DNA of 64,000 nt from Blasia pusilla (lineage: Eukaryota), in NCBI GenBank assembly GCA_050084515.1, contig CM114271.1:43958001-44022000 (forward strand), read 5' to 3'. The notes beneath the pieces were generated by a model that was not told the DNA's origin, did not search any database, and saw only the letters and a list, made by a program, of their open reading frames with translations. The translations under genes were made by a program, and so were the position numbers. Below are positions 13,851 to 27,250 of this stretch, one piece after another (position 1 is the stretch's first letter; every line of letters begins with the position of its first letter).

Positions 13851-15199
13851 TGTGCATACACACACTCCTCCCAATTGCAGGAACTCTTCGTAGTATGTAC
13901 TGCATTAAACCTGAAGACTTATGGAAATCGTCACGACCACGTGCACGACAGTTCACGTTTAACTTTTGGTTTCAATTTTTACTATTTTCAACTTTCCGTT
14001 CATTTACGACTTTTTGCATGTTCTACTTTGGCGGAAAGAAATTCTAGTGGAATTTTTAGAGAGATGGCTATCGGTTTACATCATTTCGGATAAAATTTTG
14101 AGTTCGTTTCTTCTCAAGAAAATATTATTTCTTGTCCTCATTTCCTCGCACTAGCCACCTATCAAGTTAACACGACAGTTTTTATTTTTTATATTAAAAA
14201 TAAAAGATTGTAGTAATAATGGTTGTCCATGATGAGTTTGTTGAAATGGTAGCTAGAGAGAAGACAACGATGATGTCTCATATCTTGGAAGTTTTATTTC
14301 ACAATAAAATTCCTTAAAATACAAGATCATTTGTTTACATCTTATCTTTGTTTGGAATTCTAGGGAACCATTATAGTTATCAAGCTTCTATCATCTACTA
14401 GTGATAATGTCACATACAATTAGCCATGAAAGAAGAAAGGATAAGGTAAGTAAATGCAAATTTTTGAATGGTTTGATCTTGCCTCTTGTTAATAGTCATA
14501 AGGAATGCGGGTAGAATGGAGAAGTAATATCCTGGGGGGTCTCACTTCCACACAAATGCCCCATCATGTGCGAAAAAGTTAGGGGTTTTTAAATTGCGTC
14601 CCTCGGAAGACTTATTAAGTTTTGTGGAAGAACAAAAGGGCATAATTTATTCCATCAAACTCTTATAAGAACTATAGGGTATTTTTTATTAGTCTTCCTT
14701 CCAAGGAAAATGTTAAGATAAGATAGGGTTTATACATGTCACATCTACATATATTAAATTATTTTTTTACAAAAATTAGCTTCCCTAGCTAAAAAAATCA
14801 AATTTATGGAAAAGCTTTAGAGGGAAGAAGGGAGTCCTTACTTTCAAGTTTCCCTTTCAATTTGAGTTGGGTTTGTTGGGTCTAGGGTTTTTGCCTTCGG
14901 AGACAAGCTTTGAGCGGAAAATTGAGCCGCAACTTGAAGCCCCCTTCGAAGCGAGTGCACAACTTTCTCAGGGAGTGGTGGTGCAGTGGTGCAGCATGAG
15001 AGCGTGGTGTAGCGTGACTCGAGACTCGAGTGGCGTAGTAGGAGAAAGTGATCAGGAGTGGCCCGGAAGTTGGTATGCTCCTTTTTTTCTTGCTTTCTTC
15101 TATCGTGCCTCTATTATCTTGAGCGCTTTCCTTTCCTTCGTATGTGATTGCACAACGTAGTTGAGGCCGGAGGATGGTAAGCTTTATGGTCTAGATCAG

Positions 15200-15610
15200 A
15201 GATGCCTGATTTCGTAAGGAGAGAAGGGAAGAAGGGGAGCCTGATTTCGTAAGGCTGTTCGTAAGGCAAGAGGGCGTCGATTGGAAGGTGAGTGGAATTT
15301 ATTTATATTTGTCGGCCGGGGGGTGGTGAATCCAAGAAACTTCAGGACTATTTTCTCCTTCTTCTCTTCCAGTTTGTTGCGTCGGAATATCTGAAGGAGA
15401 CGCTCAACTTCTTCACTGGCTAGACCATCTTCCGAGCTCCTCAGTCGCATATGCCTGATTTCCTAAGAAGAGGAGCCTGATTTTGTAAGGAAAGGAGCCT
15501 GATTTCGTAAGAAGGGGAGCCTGATTTTGTAAGGCTGTTTGTAAGGCGAGAGGGCGTTGATTGGAATGTGAGTGGATTTTGTTTTGGTTGTCGGCCGGGG
15601 GGTGGTGTGT
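15200..15610. repeat. Short ~21-bp tandem motif (GAGCCTGATTTCGTAAG) and a ~90-bp direct duplication (15237-15328 / 15517-15608)
   Basis: Motif copies near 15203, 15237, 15452, 15473, 15496 and 15517. Both blocks end in GTCGGCCGGGGGGTGGTG. Confidence 0.8.
15328..15450 (-). pseudogene. Captured fragment of a plasma-membrane H+-ATPase (P3A-type) N-terminal region
   Basis: LRSSEDGLASEEVERLLQIFRRNKLEEKKEKIVLKFLGF resembles the conserved plant AHA segment EGL...RL.IFGPNKLEEKKESK.LKFLGF. No other ATPase exons were found nearby. Confidence 0.8.
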
Positions 15611-16419
15611 AGAATAGGAGGAGCAGGACGGCAGGTAGGAGTGATCGGAGCGGAGGAGGCGGGGTGGTGGTGCAGGGAATTTGTGAGATCATTTATGATA
15701 TGAGGGGGCAGGATAGGTGTTGGGCGCTTCACCTACACAACCAGGAAGTTTATAAAATCAGAGGGGCCAATTCTCTCATCGACAGCATGAAGGAGCTCGG
15801 GAAGGGTGAATTTTGCCTTGGAAGGCCTCGGTCTCTGTTATTCGAGCATTATTTGAACCCTAGAATTTGTGCAGACTCTTAAATTTAGCCTTAATCCTGA
15901 ATTGAGTGATCGATCCAGATAGAGTCCCGTGTTGGTATTGACGATCGGTCTGCGGCACCTGTGTGTCGTTCCTGATCTTTGAGATCATATGGATGATCTA
16001 TTGCCCTGATCATCCAATTGTCCCCACACTAGGCACTGCAGATTATCAACATATCTCTTGGGTTTAATTACTGAATACGATAGAGAAATTTTGTAGGTAA
16101 GCACAATGGGACTATAGTCTCATTACATATTTCAAGTGTAAGATTTTGCACAAATTACCTTGATGTTTTCAGGAGTTTTGTATCTTCAGACTCAAAACTA
16201 TAACTCATGTTGAATGGACGTTTTGGTTGGGTTGTAATGAATTATATGGATTAAGTCTTGAAGTTGGAATGAGGATAGTTATTTGATGTTATGTATGGCT
16301 ATCAATTGTTGTTGAAGCATAACAAACCTTGATTTGTGACCTCTTTTGTTTATTGTTGTGGTACATGACAGGTTGAACTACATATATGGCAGTTTGAATA
16401 CCTTTCACACCTTGTACAA

Positions 16420-18502
16420 ATGGCAAATCCTAGTTCCAACTCAGTGAGACTAGTAGAAAAGACCGCGGAAGGGAAGGATGATGTACCAGTTTGTATGTTG
16501 TCCTTCAAAGAGGGACAAACACTGGATGACTTCCACACTCGATGTGCTAGGACAGTTGACTTTGAATTTGATTTTTGGGATGATAGGCTACCAGGTAGAG
16601 TTAGACATCCTATTGAGAACCTCATTGAGATTAGTAAACTTGAAGGGAGTGTTTTTGTGATTGCACAAAAGCCTCTGGATGTATTGGGGGGGTTTGCAAT
16701 TGTGTCCTCCCATTCATCTGCTGCTACTGTGTCTATTATAGAGGACACAAATGTTGGGTCTCAATCACATACAGAAGCCACAACCCAAGAGCAAGTAGTC
16801 AATACATTGCTTGTCACAGGTTCATTTGAGTCAGTGCTTATGTCTGAGGTGGCAGCAAAGAGTCGGAATGAAGAGTGGAGCAAGCTTAAAGATTGGGTAA
16901 AGCGACAAGGATATGATGAGCATAAGTGGAGAGTGCGAATGTGGAATGAGGGGCAAGATGTCCGAGGGCATCTAGAGTGCTTAGAGTGTCGGGAGACTTA
17001 TGGGAATGCAGCTAATTCCCAAGTTTTAAAATCAATTGCAAATTGCTTCAGCAATTTCAAGACTAAGCATCTCAACAACCCTAAGTACAAGGACAATTTT
17101 TGTAAGAGACGGGGTCTACCTAGTACATTGATTTCTCCTAGTGACATTATACAACAACCTCAATGGGATCATGAACATCAGATCACCGTAGGTTTAGGAA
17201 TAGTTGAGAAAATGAATGTAGAGGTTGGGGGTGAGACAATAGTGTTCTCTCTGATGCCATCTGTTGTTGATACGCAGTTTGCACACATGTCATACCTGTT
17301 CAAGGTACGATGTATAATCTGTGGCAAGTTGCATACAGACATGTGCCCAAGAAAGGCCAATTTGGAGCATAATCTACGACAACACTTGGTTAGTCGTGAT
17401 CACTTGGATGCTCTTGACACTAGAGAGGTCACTGCCCAACTTGTCTTGAGGTCTGGGAAGAAGGGAAGACCAAAGAAGCCAGATCCTAGGGACTTATTTC
17501 CGTCTCAAAATTCCATTACCAAATTCTTTAACCCTGATGCCTTCAAGGAAGGAAGCAGTTCAGGAAAAGGTGGGTTTGCTTCCTCCATTTTTTTTGGACT
17601 AAGTTTGCTTTGTTGGGGCTTCTAGGAGTCAAACATCCAATGGAGAGGAGAGTTGATGGATGTGAAGGCCATACTAGATGATCAGACAGGAGGAACTATT
17701 TGGGATTGTGAGCTTACCACTTCAACGCAAGTGTTCAACCCAAGTAGTAGGTCAATTTTATGTATACAAGGTTGTTTTAGGCACAAGCTTTGCTCTAGAT
17801 TGTCAAGTAATGCGGGAGGGTTTGAGAACCTCACTTGTAGTCATTGTGACTCCATTAAGCGGGAGGATGATTTTCGTGGTCGGGTGCACAGGGAAGCGTG
17901 CATAGAGGAGGGAGGACAACTCAAAGAGGTATGGCCATGAAGTACTTGACCAAGACAGAGTTGAAGGAGTATGTGGGAAAATTGAACACTCAATTTAGGA
18001 GACAACCTTGGCTTTTGGCACAACAATCACAAAGAATTTGTGCCTTGAGTATTAGGCGAAAGAAGCTAGAAGATATGTTAGGAGTAGCTGCAGATAGGAA
18101 AGATTTTAGACTATTTCTTAGGAACGTAGTAAATGGACATAGGGATGGGGCATTTGGTGGTAAGGAGGGGTTGTGGGATTTCCTGAAAGATGTGGCTAAG
18201 AATTTGCAGAGAGTGGCCAATGGTTATTGTTATAGTAAGAGAACCAAAGCTTTTTCCCAAGCCATGTTCCAATTTGGTGGCCGACAAGTTGCCCACTGCT
18301 TTCAGGAAAACTTGGGAGGGCCAGGTCTGAAGATCTTGAAATGTGACAGAGCAAAACTACCACCCTTTAGAGCTGGGCTACAAAAAGAGATATTTCAAGA
18401 GGTCTCCCGAGTACTATTTGCATCAAAACAACTACTTGGAATCGAGGGAGATGTGTCTGTAATGTTCGCTGAGGATGAAACAAGGATAAAAGAAAGGCCA
18501 AG
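16420..18502 (+). pseudogene. 5' part of a degenerate DNA-transposase-like gene (Zn-finger-like N-terminus; first catalytic Asp region FAEDET), possibly P-element-like
   Basis: CxxC/H clusters (CLEC...KHL, CIIC...RQHL...DH), an AT-hook-like KKGRPKK, and VMFAEDETRIKERPR followed by a splice donor AG|GTGTGT at 18503. Broken by a stop and a frameshift. Superfamily assignment is tentative. Confidence 0.55.
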
Positions 18503-18870
18503 GTGTGTTTGAATCTTTGATAATTTTTTCTCACCCTTATGTATTTTAAAGGAATCATTTTTCATTTTTGGTACCCCTAAAATTCTTTAAGTAAAGCAAT
18601 CACTTGAAATAAATAAGACCTTGAAAGAAAAGAAAAGCACCAAGTTAAGTTAACATCCAACATGTTATCCTTACACTATGATAGAGGGGTATTGAACCCC
18701 TAATTGAGCAAGAGGCTCAATCAGCCAATCTGTCATCCCCCTAACCTACTCCCTCCCATTATCCTACTCACAATTCAAGAGTGTCAAGTACACTCTAAGC
18801 ACACTCCATAAAAAAATTTAATTTAACATATCTCAAACATAAAAAAAACTCACCAAGATCAACTCACACT

Positions 18871-19634
18871 CTAAATATATGTAGTCAAAGCATGTAAGTC
18901 AACTGAATCAAGTATATATATTCTATCTTGTACCCCTAATTTCATTGTTAAATTCACATTAGAGATCACAATTTCAATATCAATCCATTGCACATCTATT
19001 GCATCATAATTGAACAAGGTTTTGGGTGTTACCATGGCTGAAAGACTTGTACCAATTACACATAATACGACAAATGCTTCCCTTTTGTCCAGGAGGAGGT
19101 ACATGCCTGTTTAACAAGTCCAAGGCCGTACGACGTCGTGACCAATGTGAACCATTCTTTTGAATCATAAACACAATACGCCCCAACCAATACTCTTTTT
19201 TGCAACTCCTGCCTCCACTGCAAGTTGTGTCTCTTTTCCCTTCCTTTTCTTTGACTTTGTTGATCTTGTGGAAGGGCCAACATTTTCTGTAGATTCAAAC
19301 AAAACTGCAATATCACTACCAACATCAACCAAACAAGGTGGGCAATGAGGATCACGTTCCTTTCCCTTACCAGTAGTGTAATAAGTCTTTTGGGCTATTC
19401 GAGTTAGTCCTACAAGTTGCAAAGTGTACAGAGCGTAATTTTGGCATTTTCTCATGCAAAGGATTCACAATTACTACTCTAGCATACATACCTTTCGCAT
19501 ATTTCTCAAAAGTACTCACAATTTTATCATACCCTTCATTACCTTCCCCAACAAGTACTTCCAAGCCAAAAGAGCATGTATGTTCTTCCGAGGGACCACA
19601 AAAACCAATATGCGTGTCATATTTAGCCTCCCAT
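18871..19634 (-). pseudogene. Inverted 3' part of the same transposase-like gene, with an internal deletion
   Basis: Acceptor TGATAG (19640-19635) then A TGG GAG GCT AAA TAT GAC = (R)WEAKYDTHIGFCG...ARVVIVNPLHEKMP...FATC. It then joins a C-terminal-type segment (VDVGSDIAVLF...CNWY...) ending at 18871. Confidence 0.55.
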
Positions 19635-19899
19635 CTATCACAACAGAAGTATCAAGTTAGAACATAAGCCTAATAGAAAAAAATAAACATGACATATAAA
19701 TATGCAAAGTAATATAATCATTATGTTAGAGCATACCCATACATATATCAAGGCCAAATTATTTTTTCACTTATAAGTTAGGGGGTCTAGACCCTAAAAC
19801 GTCGCAGGTGATGTAGAGCCCTCCATATAGTGACCCCCCCGAGGTAATATCAACTAAAGTGAAATGGCAAGAATCATATATAATTAATTGAATATGTGG

Positions 19900-21960
19900 A
19901 ATGAATGCTCAATCCCCAATATTCTTGTGTGTAATCATCTTTGCATGTATGACACGTTGCATACAACCCTAAATCGCCAATTTGCTTCATGTTTAGATCC
20001 ATTCATATTTCAAAGGAGTATAATCGACACACCAATCTTCAATAATAAATGATGTGGAGGCAATCCCAAAGGTAAGCATACATTCAAAAACTCAATGGAA
20101 TAGATATGACTCATTCCTTCATGTTGAACAAGTCCATCGCAAGGTTGCATGTGGACAAAGTCAGTGTGCGCGGGCATGTCCATGTCCGTGGACTTATTTC
20201 TGTCCTATGGAATGACTTGTCCCTATGGGCCCCACCTCCCCCTTCTTTCTCATCCTTCCCACTTGCCTCGATGTTCCGCACTTTCCCTTTTCTTCCTTTC
20301 TCCACCTCCACTCCCTCTTTCCTTATTGCCCTGCCCACCCGCCCCTACCTTGCCTTCCACCACGAGCTATAAGTATGGATCCCAACTCTTGCAATCGATA
20401 TCCGTGGATATGTCCATACTTGTGCACCTAGGAACAGACTTGTCCGGTTTTTTGTGCAACTATGGTCCATCGCGTATATAGGTATGCTCCTCCATGAATA
20501 ATAGGATGGACATCTATATTAGAAAGGGTCTCTATCTCATACCAATCTTATGTAATGACCAATTACAAGAAGAAAAAAGCTAGGTGCAAGGATTGATTAC
20601 CTATCCATGAAATCAAGACATGCATAATATCAACGTTAATCCAATCAACATCTCTATTTCTTGGTTTCAAAATACTAATAATCCTCAAGAAGTTGATTTC
20701 ATTCCATTAAGACTTATCGTTCTAAAAAATAATGGCTCACAACCTTGGCAAATCTCTAGTATCCAGTAAGGAAATGCTAAGGGTTGATGAGATGGAAGGC
20801 CTACCAAAGAGATACAAGAAGAAATTATAGATGTGATAAAGAGCTAGCAAAAAAATTCAGGTTGGGAATTGAGGAGATTGTCAAGGTTTTGATTCTAAGT
20901 ACCTTCAAATATAGAAACTCTCATATTTGTTATAAGATTTATGAAACTCACATAAGACTAAAAAAATAAATCTTTTGATGGTGAATGGTACAATTTCTGG
21001 ACGATTTCCTCGACAAACAATGACAAGGACTTGAAAAAAATTAGTCTACTTAGAGTCCCAAAATAAGCTCTCCAAACGAAAAATTCGATGGAAAAACGGA
21101 AAAAAAAATTGCCATAAAAATCATCTATGTAGATGGAAAGAAAGGGTTGGCAGAGCTAGGCAAACGCCTTTACTCATATGCCCCAGATAAATGATAGGTT
21201 TGAAGTGTAGATTCATTCTAATTAGTGAAAAACGTGAACGTTGACCAAAGCAACAAAAGATGATGAACAAATTACATTTTCTTTTTAGGCCAAGAAAGCA
21301 AAGAAGGCTCAAGGATTGGTTTTCCATAATGGTTAAGTATGGATCTTACAAGATCCATACTTATATTCTCGAGTATTTTCAAAGGCTCATGACATAAATA
21401 TTATGGGTCATGTGAAGCTGAAAAACCTTGAAGGGGTCATAACGGATATACTATTGGACCAAAATGAGAGAAGATGTTGATACGTACGCAAGGAGTTGAA
21501 TGATTTATCAACTAATCAAGGATAGTAATTCTAAACCAAAAGGATTGTTACTGCCCATCCCAACATCTCATAAAGATTGGGAACAAGTCACCATGGATCT
21601 TATTTGTAAGCTACCAAATACCTTGCCATATACGATTACAAGATATGACTATATTGTAATGTTTGTGGATAGACTAAGCAAGATCATATACCTCTATCTG
21701 ACCAAGAAGATCATCACCGCCCTAAAGTTGGCTAGGATCTACATTGAGACATCTTTGTTCATCTTGATCTTCCTAAAGTGCTTATCATTGATCTAGTCAC
21801 TGATAAAAGAATCCACTTCTCAAATCTATTTTCAATGGCCTTATTTAGATTTCTCCAAACTAAACTAGTCATGTCTTCTAATTATCAGCCTCAAACCGAT
21901 GGATAAACTAAAAGAGTTAACCGTACTATTAAGAATATGTTATGGGTTTAAAGATTAAAG
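19900..21960 (+). mobile_element. Highly degenerate Ty3/gypsy integrase relics
   Basis: KPKGLLLPIP...WEQVTMDLICKLP...YDYIVMFVDRLSK at 21530-21690 and a QPQTDG-like motif at about 21885-21905. Possible chromodomain relic (MRWKAY) at about 20785-20860. Confidence 0.6.
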
Positions 21961-23424
21961 GTGTCATGTCTTTTAGAGTAGATCTACAAGTTTTGATATA
22001 GCACCTTTGAGGATATTGGAGGATAATCTCAAGATGTCGAGGATAATCTGTTGAGGCCTTGGGTAACCTAAGAGAGCAGGTTTCCCCTTCATTTAAGCTC
22101 ATTCACAAGAGGCGAAAAACTTCTTCTTTGCGCAGGGGTTGAATCCACATGAACTTCGAGACGCCCTCAATACAACTTGACAACTTATGCTAAACCATCG
22201 TCAAAATCCATTGGTGGATGACTTTATTTGGAGGAGATTCGGATTGATCTTGCCACCTTTCTTATGGCAAGATATTTCTGAAAGTACTGAAGGCGAATAT
22301 CCTCGAACATACTATTACTTTCGTCAAATGTAGGAGGAACTCTTTGGATTCTTTGTGAGAGAGTGGGAGATGTTTCTAACACAACCAACACAAGAAACCA
22401 ATGATGGTGAAGCCGATGTTGAGTTGGAAAGGACTATTCCTCGTGGAGGTGGGACGCGTATGACTAGAGCTAGGGGAAGAGGAGGAAGAGTTTGTAAGAC
22501 GTCTACATCGGCATTACATATATCTGATGATGAATCAGATTAGATATAATGGGTTCATACTTATATCTTTGTAATGTACATAAGTATTAGGTTTCTCTCA
22601 ATCCAAATGTTTTGTGGGATACTCCTCATTTGTTGTGAATACATTTTCAAAACAATTCAAAATATTCCACTGAGGAGACTTGTGAATGTGAGCAAGTCAC
22701 GAAGGTTGTCCATGAAGTAAGTTCATGAAATGGATCAAAGTTTTCTCTTGGATTATAAGTCCTTGGATAAAATGGAAGGTACGATAATTGAAATGTTTGT
22801 TTGATAAAAAATTGAATATTTTATTTATTACTAACTCCTCAAAATTTACGAACTCATCAAAATAAGTGATTTTCTTTTATTTATTGAAAGATGGAGATTG
22901 GAAAAGGGATGAATTTTTTTTCCAAAATTAATAAAGGAAAATGTATGTTTAAATTGAATTGTAAAGGAAAATAATGCATGAATTGTGTTTAGTGACCAAT
23001 ATTGCATATGGTATAATTTGAAATGGATTTGGATGGAATAGAAAACAAAATTTATTTATTAATTCCTATTTTATTTAATACTATAATAGGTGAGCATAAA
23101 TATTAAAAAAAATTTAATTTTTTTGAAAATGTTAGATAAAGAAATTATTTGTGTCTTGATTCATATTTAATGGAAAGGGAAATTGAATTTTAATGGAGAA
23201 GGAAAAGATTTGGTTCGAATTTTATGCAAGGGTGAATTTACTTACGGGACTAGGATATCATTTACATTTGAATTCATGATTGTAATTACTTACAAGAGTG
23301 AAATCTAATAACTCTTCTAAGATTTTATAGAATAGTGCAGATAGTCCCCAAGTTATATCTATCACTCTTGTAAAGTCTCAACACAAATTAAGTTGTAACC
23401 ACAATTGTAAAAATGATGTTTTCA

Positions 23425-25400
23425 ACTCGAAGACGTAAAAATTGAATGAAAAAAAGGTCTTTAATTTCTCATTTTGTCCAACCTTTCCATCTTGAGCTGA
23501 AATTTGGCCCACATGGTCCACAAGATGGATGTTCCACTCTTGCCAAGTTTCAAGAAAAATGGAGTTAAAACCACAAGCTCAAAAATTGGTAAGTCATTTT
23601 CTAACCCGCACCATCAAACCTTATCTCAAATTCAGGTTTTTTCATTTTTCATCTTTTGTCTAAATTTTCCATATTGAGCTCAAATTTTTCCCACATGATC
23701 CCCAAGTTGCATTTTCCACTCTTGCCAAGTTTCAAGCAAAAGGGAGTTGTGAGAAAATGTGAGAAAACAGAAAGTGACGAAATCACTGAAATCTTTACAA
23801 AACTTAGAGATACAAAGTGGCCTAGTCCGTCCGTGCGCTCACAAAAGAGCTTCGATGGAACCTGAACATGGAGATAACTCGACAAACGAGAATGCGCTAC
23901 CACTGCAGCTCCCGACTATTTTGCTACTCGGGAGACTAGGGATTTTACGTATTTTTCTTCATTTCTATTAATAAAAAAATTTTGCATCAAGGTGCCCCAC
24001 ACCCTGATACAATATAGGGTTAGATAATCGTAGTAACGCTACTCCTGAAACCACCTACGTCATATTATTATGACTCCTTCGACATCTAAGTCGGAACCAT
24101 CAATCTAGGCTTCTCCTCATACAAGGGGGCCGATCAGATTAATGGTGCTCAGAGAAGTGGATGTTGAGAATCCAACAGAAAAACCTCACAAATTAATAAC
24201 TCCTTTTTGGACCTATAGAAATAAAGATTTCTCATTTTTCATCTTGTTCAAATTTCCCATCTTGAGCTGAAATTGGGCCCACATGCTCTCCAAGGTGCAT
24301 CTAACCCTCTTTCCAAGTTTGAAGCAAAATAGAGTTGGGACCACAAGCTAAAAAATTGGTAAGTCCTTTTCTAACTCGAACCATCATACCTTATATCAAA
24401 ATAAGGTTTTTTCATTTTTTATCTTGTCCAACTTTCCCATCCTGAGCTAAAATTTGGCCTACATGGTCCCCAAAGTGCATTTTCCACTCTTGCAAAGTTT
24501 CAAGGAAAATAAAGTCATGAGAAAAACCTCAAAAATTAATAACTCCTTTTTTGACTCGAATCATCAGACCTTCTATCGAAGAAAGATTTTTTCATTTTTC
24601 ATCTTGCCCAACTTTCCCATCTTGAGTTGAAATTTGGCCCACAGGGTCTCCAAGGTGCATCTAACCCACTTGCCAAATTTCAAGAAAAATGGAGTTGGGA
24701 GCACAAGCTCAAAAATTGGTAAGTTCTTTTTTGACCTGAACCATCAGACCTTCTATCAAATTAAGATTTTTTTCATTTTTCATCTTGTTCCACTTTTCTA
24801 TCTTGAGCTGAAATTTGGCCCAAATTTTCCCCAAGGTGCATGTTCAACTCTTGCCAAGGGAGTTGTGAGCAAAACCTCGCAAATAAATAAGTCCTCTTTT
24901 GTCTCGAACCATCAAACTTTGAATGAAAAGAAGGTTTTTCATTTTTCATCTTGTCCAACTTTCCCATCTTGATCTGAAATTCCTCCCATATGTTCCCCAA
25001 GGTGCATGTTCAATCCTTGCCAAGTTTCAAGCAAAATAGAGTTGGGCACAAAACTCTAATAATTGGTAAGTCCTTTTTGGACCCCGAACCATCAAACCTT
25101 GAATGAAAATAGAGTTTTTTCACTTTTCACCTCGTCCAAATTTCCCATCTTGAGCTAAAATTTGGCTCAAATGGTCCCCAAGGTGTATGTTCCATTGAAA
25201 GAAGGTTTTTTCATTTTTCATCTTATCCAACTTTTAGATCTTAAGCTAAAATGTGGATCACATGGTCTCCAAGCTGCATCTAGGTTTCTTGCTAAGTTTC
25301 AAGAGAAATAGAGTTGGGAGCAAAACCTAAAAAGATAGAATGTCCTTTTTTGACCCCAACCATCAAACCTTGAATGAAAATATGGTTTTTTCATTTTTCA
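23425..25400. repeat. AT-rich tandem array with a ~180-bp monomer and alternating monomer variants
   Basis: TTTTTCATCTTGTCCAACTTTCCCATCTTGAGCTGAAATTTGG-like core recurs near 23465, 23646, 24236, 24416, 24597, 24778, 24944, 25124 and 25214. Confidence 0.9.
23758..24177. mobile_element. Solo LTR (420 bp) inserted in the tandem array
   Basis: TGT...ACA termini and a 5-bp TSD GAAAA (23753-23757 and 24178-24182). Removing it restores the monomer sequence GAGTTGTGAGAAAAACCTC. Confidence 0.85.
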
Positions 25401-25419
25401 CACCACTTGTGCTAAGATG

Positions 25420-27250
25420 GACTTAGCCACAGAGCACAATGTTGGTGCACCTTGACTGTGCATGCTCCACCAATCAGAGGGACATAGTGAATGAACAACT
25501 TCTCTACCAAACTCATCCACAAATAGTTCCTAATGATTCACAATGTTGCCCAACTCTCGCAAGCAAGTAGCCACATAAGAATTAGCCTTGGTGACATTGA
25601 GGCCATGCACCCCCTTTGCATAAAGTTTCAAATATTGTTTGAAATCTCTCATGCACTCAGCATTTGAAGTGATGTCTTAAAACTATCAAGAAGATTGTAA
25701 GGGGCGAGAATTAGTAGCCTATTGCATGTGACTTGTTGTGGATAAGTTCCCACCGCCTAGAAATAACATCGATCATCTCCGTAGCTCTAGACATTGTGAC
25801 AAAATAATTGCGATGCCTTCTACCCATACCGGGCCATGGAGTTACAGGAAAAGAACAAGCCTCTTCCATTATCTCAAAAACACAGCCATAAATATCCTCC
25901 GTCATTGCTTAATGACCATCACACTCTCTCAAAAAAATAATAGTTGGTTGAGCTACAGCAAACAACTCCTCACCCTCGATCCAAAAATCGTGATTCGCTA
26001 CAGTAGTCTCAATCTCTCGTGCCTTCTCCCTTTGCCCCGCATCCCTGCCATTGAATTAATCCCTAAAAGCATTGGTGACAACCATGGCATGGAACGTCTC
26101 CCTCAATTCTAGGACGCGTCCCAACATGATAAAATTTGTGGCAAAGCATGTGTTTGCAAGACCCAACAATCCTCTCTTCCCCGGATTGGTTTCCATGAAT
26201 TTGGCCATCACTCAAGTTCTAGTCTTCATAAATACTACCATCTCACGAGCTTGTGCAAAAATCTTGTCCACCCAAGGCCATTTATCCCACTCTTCGTAGA
26301 CTAGATCAAGAGAATTTGATACGCATCCACCCTAAGGAATATGAGGAAACTTTGCTTTGATAAGTTTCCATGCTACTCGCTTATTTCTAGCATTTTCTGT
26401 CACAAGTTGCAACACATTCTCAAGATCAATGTGCATGATAGTCCTCTTTATGTGACCTGCCAACCATTCCGCTGTTTGGGATTCCCCTTTGATGTCTACC
26501 GACTCAATCATGACCTCACCTTATGGACAAGAGACTATTATGTTCACTAAAGACTCGCTTCTCACATTGGTCCAAGAATCCGTTATGATCGTGGCCCCCA
26601 AATGCAAATTTTCCAATATGCCATCCACCTTTTCCTTCAAATTTCCCATATGTTTCTCAAGTAGGATGGTGCCCAACGAATTGTAACTAGAACTTGAGTA
26701 ATCCTTCAACTTTGTTGTTGCCAACAATGCTTCTTTGAAAGCATCCTACCGTACTACGTAAAATGATATTCCACATTCGTAGAAATACTTTGCTCACATG
26801 TCATTCGTAACTTCTATTCCTTGGATGTTGAAACAATCCCTCAGATCAGCTTGCTTCTTTCTTTCCAAAACTACTACTCCCTCGAATGGGCCCAACAACT
26901 CCTTTGTGGTCCTCGAGACTGTCAGTCCGTGGCATGTCCGCAACCCCAACAACATTTTATACAATATAAAAACTATTTCCTATTTTTTGCAAACCTATTT
27001 GTAATGGAGTCGTCTCTTCCACTTCACTCGAAGGTCTTGCTTCCCTTCTTTGTCGAGTTTCCACTAGTACCCTGTTTGGTAGATCCTGTTGCACGCTGGT
27101 AGGGACCTTCACACATAATTTGGCATGAGGAGTATCATGATTCCCATCCTTTGTCTTTCGTCTCTCTCATGTAAAATGATCCACCATCAGCGTGCTATGA
27201 TAGATTTTCATAGAATAGGAACAATACTTGCACTACCATCTGCTTGATAT
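25420..27250 (-). pseudogene. hAT transposase remnant (DUF659-type)
   Basis: GATIITDSWTNVRSESLVNIIVSCP and VISRRWELIHNKSHAIGY resemble conserved DUF659/hAT segments. Many stops and frameshifts. Confidence 0.7.

Noticed and set aside
15664-15882. YKIRGAN peptide resembling PLP-enzyme (Thr dehydratase/Ser racemase) motifs, as a second captured fragment
   Set aside because: Match too short to support without a search
23425-25400. CRISPR-like repeat-spacer array (also considered for 15200-15610 and 56905-57092)
   Set aside because: Whole units repeat with no unique spacers, no cas genes, eukaryotic context
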